This document shows positions 34,716-35,684 of a stretch of 35,684 bases of DNA, one piece after another; position 1 is the first letter of the stretch, and each line of letters starts with the position of its first letter. The DNA lies in the sequence record DRR378314_1622; one strand, given 5' to 3'. The translations under genes were made by a program, and so were the position numbers. The notes under the pieces were generated by a model that did not search any database, was not told the origin of the DNA, and saw nothing but the letters and a program-made list of their open reading frames with translations.

Positions 34716-35684
34716 ATGTCTAATTATTATCTGAACCGCAGAAAGTTCCTTCAAGGCAGCGCTGTTGTAGGTGCGGGCCTTGTTGCTCCAACGATCTTTT
34801 CCAGAGCCGCCAGCGCTTACATGAATGAACCGGGCAAAGGCAGTGTGGTGCTCGGGTTTAACGTTCCTCAATCCGGGCCATACGCGGATGAAGGCGCCGA
34901 CGAGTTACGTGCATACAAGCTGGCCGTCAAGCATCTCAATGGCGAGGGCGACGGTGGCATGCTCGGCACCTTCTCATCACAGGCGCTCAAGGGTACCGGT
35001 ATTCTCGGCCGCAAAGTCGAATATGTGACGGGCGATACTCAAACCAAATCGGATGCTGCTCGTGCATCTGCCAGGGCGATGATTGAAAAAGACGGTGCCA
35101 TCATGATTACCGGGGGCTCGTCTTCCGGGGTGGCGGTGGCTGTTCAGTCACTATGCCAGGATGCCGGTGTCATCTTTATGGCCGGCCTGACCCATTCCAA
35201 CGACACCACGGGTAAAGACAGAAAAGCCAATGGTTTCCGACATTTTTTCAATGCTTACATGTCGGCTGCGGCGTTGGCGCCGGTGTTGTCGGAACACTAC
35301 GGGAATGACCGCAAAGCCTATCACCTGACAGCGGATTACACCTGGGGCTGGACTCAGGAACAGTCAATGATAGCTGCGACGGAAGAGCTCGGATGGGAAA
35401 CCGTGAACGCCGTTCGCACGCCGCTGTCAGCAACGGACTTCTCTTCCTATATTGCGCCCGTCACCAACTCTGGTGCGGATGTGCTGATTCTGAATCACTA
35501 TGGCTCCAACATGGTGAATTCACTGACCAATGCGGTTCAGTTCGGCCTGCGTGAGAAACAGGTTAACGGCAAACAGTTTGAAATTGTTGTGCCGTTGTAC
35601 TCTCGCCTCATGGCTCGCGGTGCCGGTAAGAACGTAAAAGGCATTTTCGGATCTACCAACTGGCACTGGTCGCTGCAGGACGAA
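34716..35684 (+). CDS. Tat-exported ABC transporter substrate-binding protein (branched-chain amino acid/HAAT type), truncated by the window edge
   Basis: RBS GGGAGA then ATG 34716. Manual translation: MSNYYLNRRKFLQGSAVVGAGL...LGFNVPQSGPYADEGADELRAY. Twin-arginine motif NRRKFLQ. The frame appears open to the window end. Confidence 0.88.
   Translation, partial: MSNYYLNRRKFLQGSAVVGAGLVAPTIFSRAASAYMNEPGKGSVVLGFNVPQSGPYADEGADELRAYKLAVKHLNGEGDGGMLGTFSSQALKGTGILGRKVEYVTGDTQTKSDAARASARAMIEKDGAIMITGGSSSGVAVAVQSLCQDAGVIFMAGLTHSNDTTGKDRKANGFRHFFNAYMSAAALAPVLSEHYGNDRKAYHLTADYTWGWTQEQSMIAATEELGWETVNAVRTPLSATDFSSYIAPVTNSGADVLILNHYGSNMVNSLTNAVQFGLREKQVNGKQFEIVVPLYSRLMARGAGKNVKGIFGSTNWHWSLQDE

Noticed and set aside
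1-35684. tRNA, rRNA, integrase, transposase or prophage genes
   Set aside because: None recognised by eye or in the ORF track. A covariance-model and IS search would be needed to exclude small or degenerate elements.

Overview
A 35.7 kb stretch of a moderately GC-rich gammaproteobacterial chromosome. The gene content suggests Marinobacter, which is an inference. It is a mosaic of accessory genes, with no rRNA, tRNA, CRISPR array or intact mobile element visible. Main elements: (1) 1326-5955, two RiPP clusters of the bufferin type, built on DUF692 multinuclear non-heme iron oxidases (MNIO), lying in tandem. The order is a 6-Cys BufA2-type precursor, DUF692, DUF2063, then a 4-Cys DUF2282/BufA1-type precursor, DUF692, DUF2063 and a single DoxX. 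No adjacent ECF sigma/anti-sigma pair is present. (2) 11801-15962, an uncharacterised module of a membrane-embedded AraC regulator, a parallel beta-helix lipoprotein and a diheme c-type lipoprotein (SO2930/HNE_0200 family), with TGCACA repeats phased at 21 bp in the intergenic DNA. (3) Features missing from the ORF track: a 51-aa SutA-like ORF, a decayed mscS fragment, an araC remnant, a partial ferritin-like gene at the left edge and a Tat-exported ABC solute-binding protein at the right edge. (4) A frameshifted LysR gene, a MerR promoter carrying a 14-bp triplication, and an AT-rich two-gene islet (membrane protein plus TPR protein). The rest is oxidoreductases, regulators, LysE, GST, a cytosine deaminase, YqeY, a thioesterase, a Zn alcohol dehydrogenase and a PAS-PAS chemoreceptor. 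All family names come from recognising motifs by eye; no database search was run.
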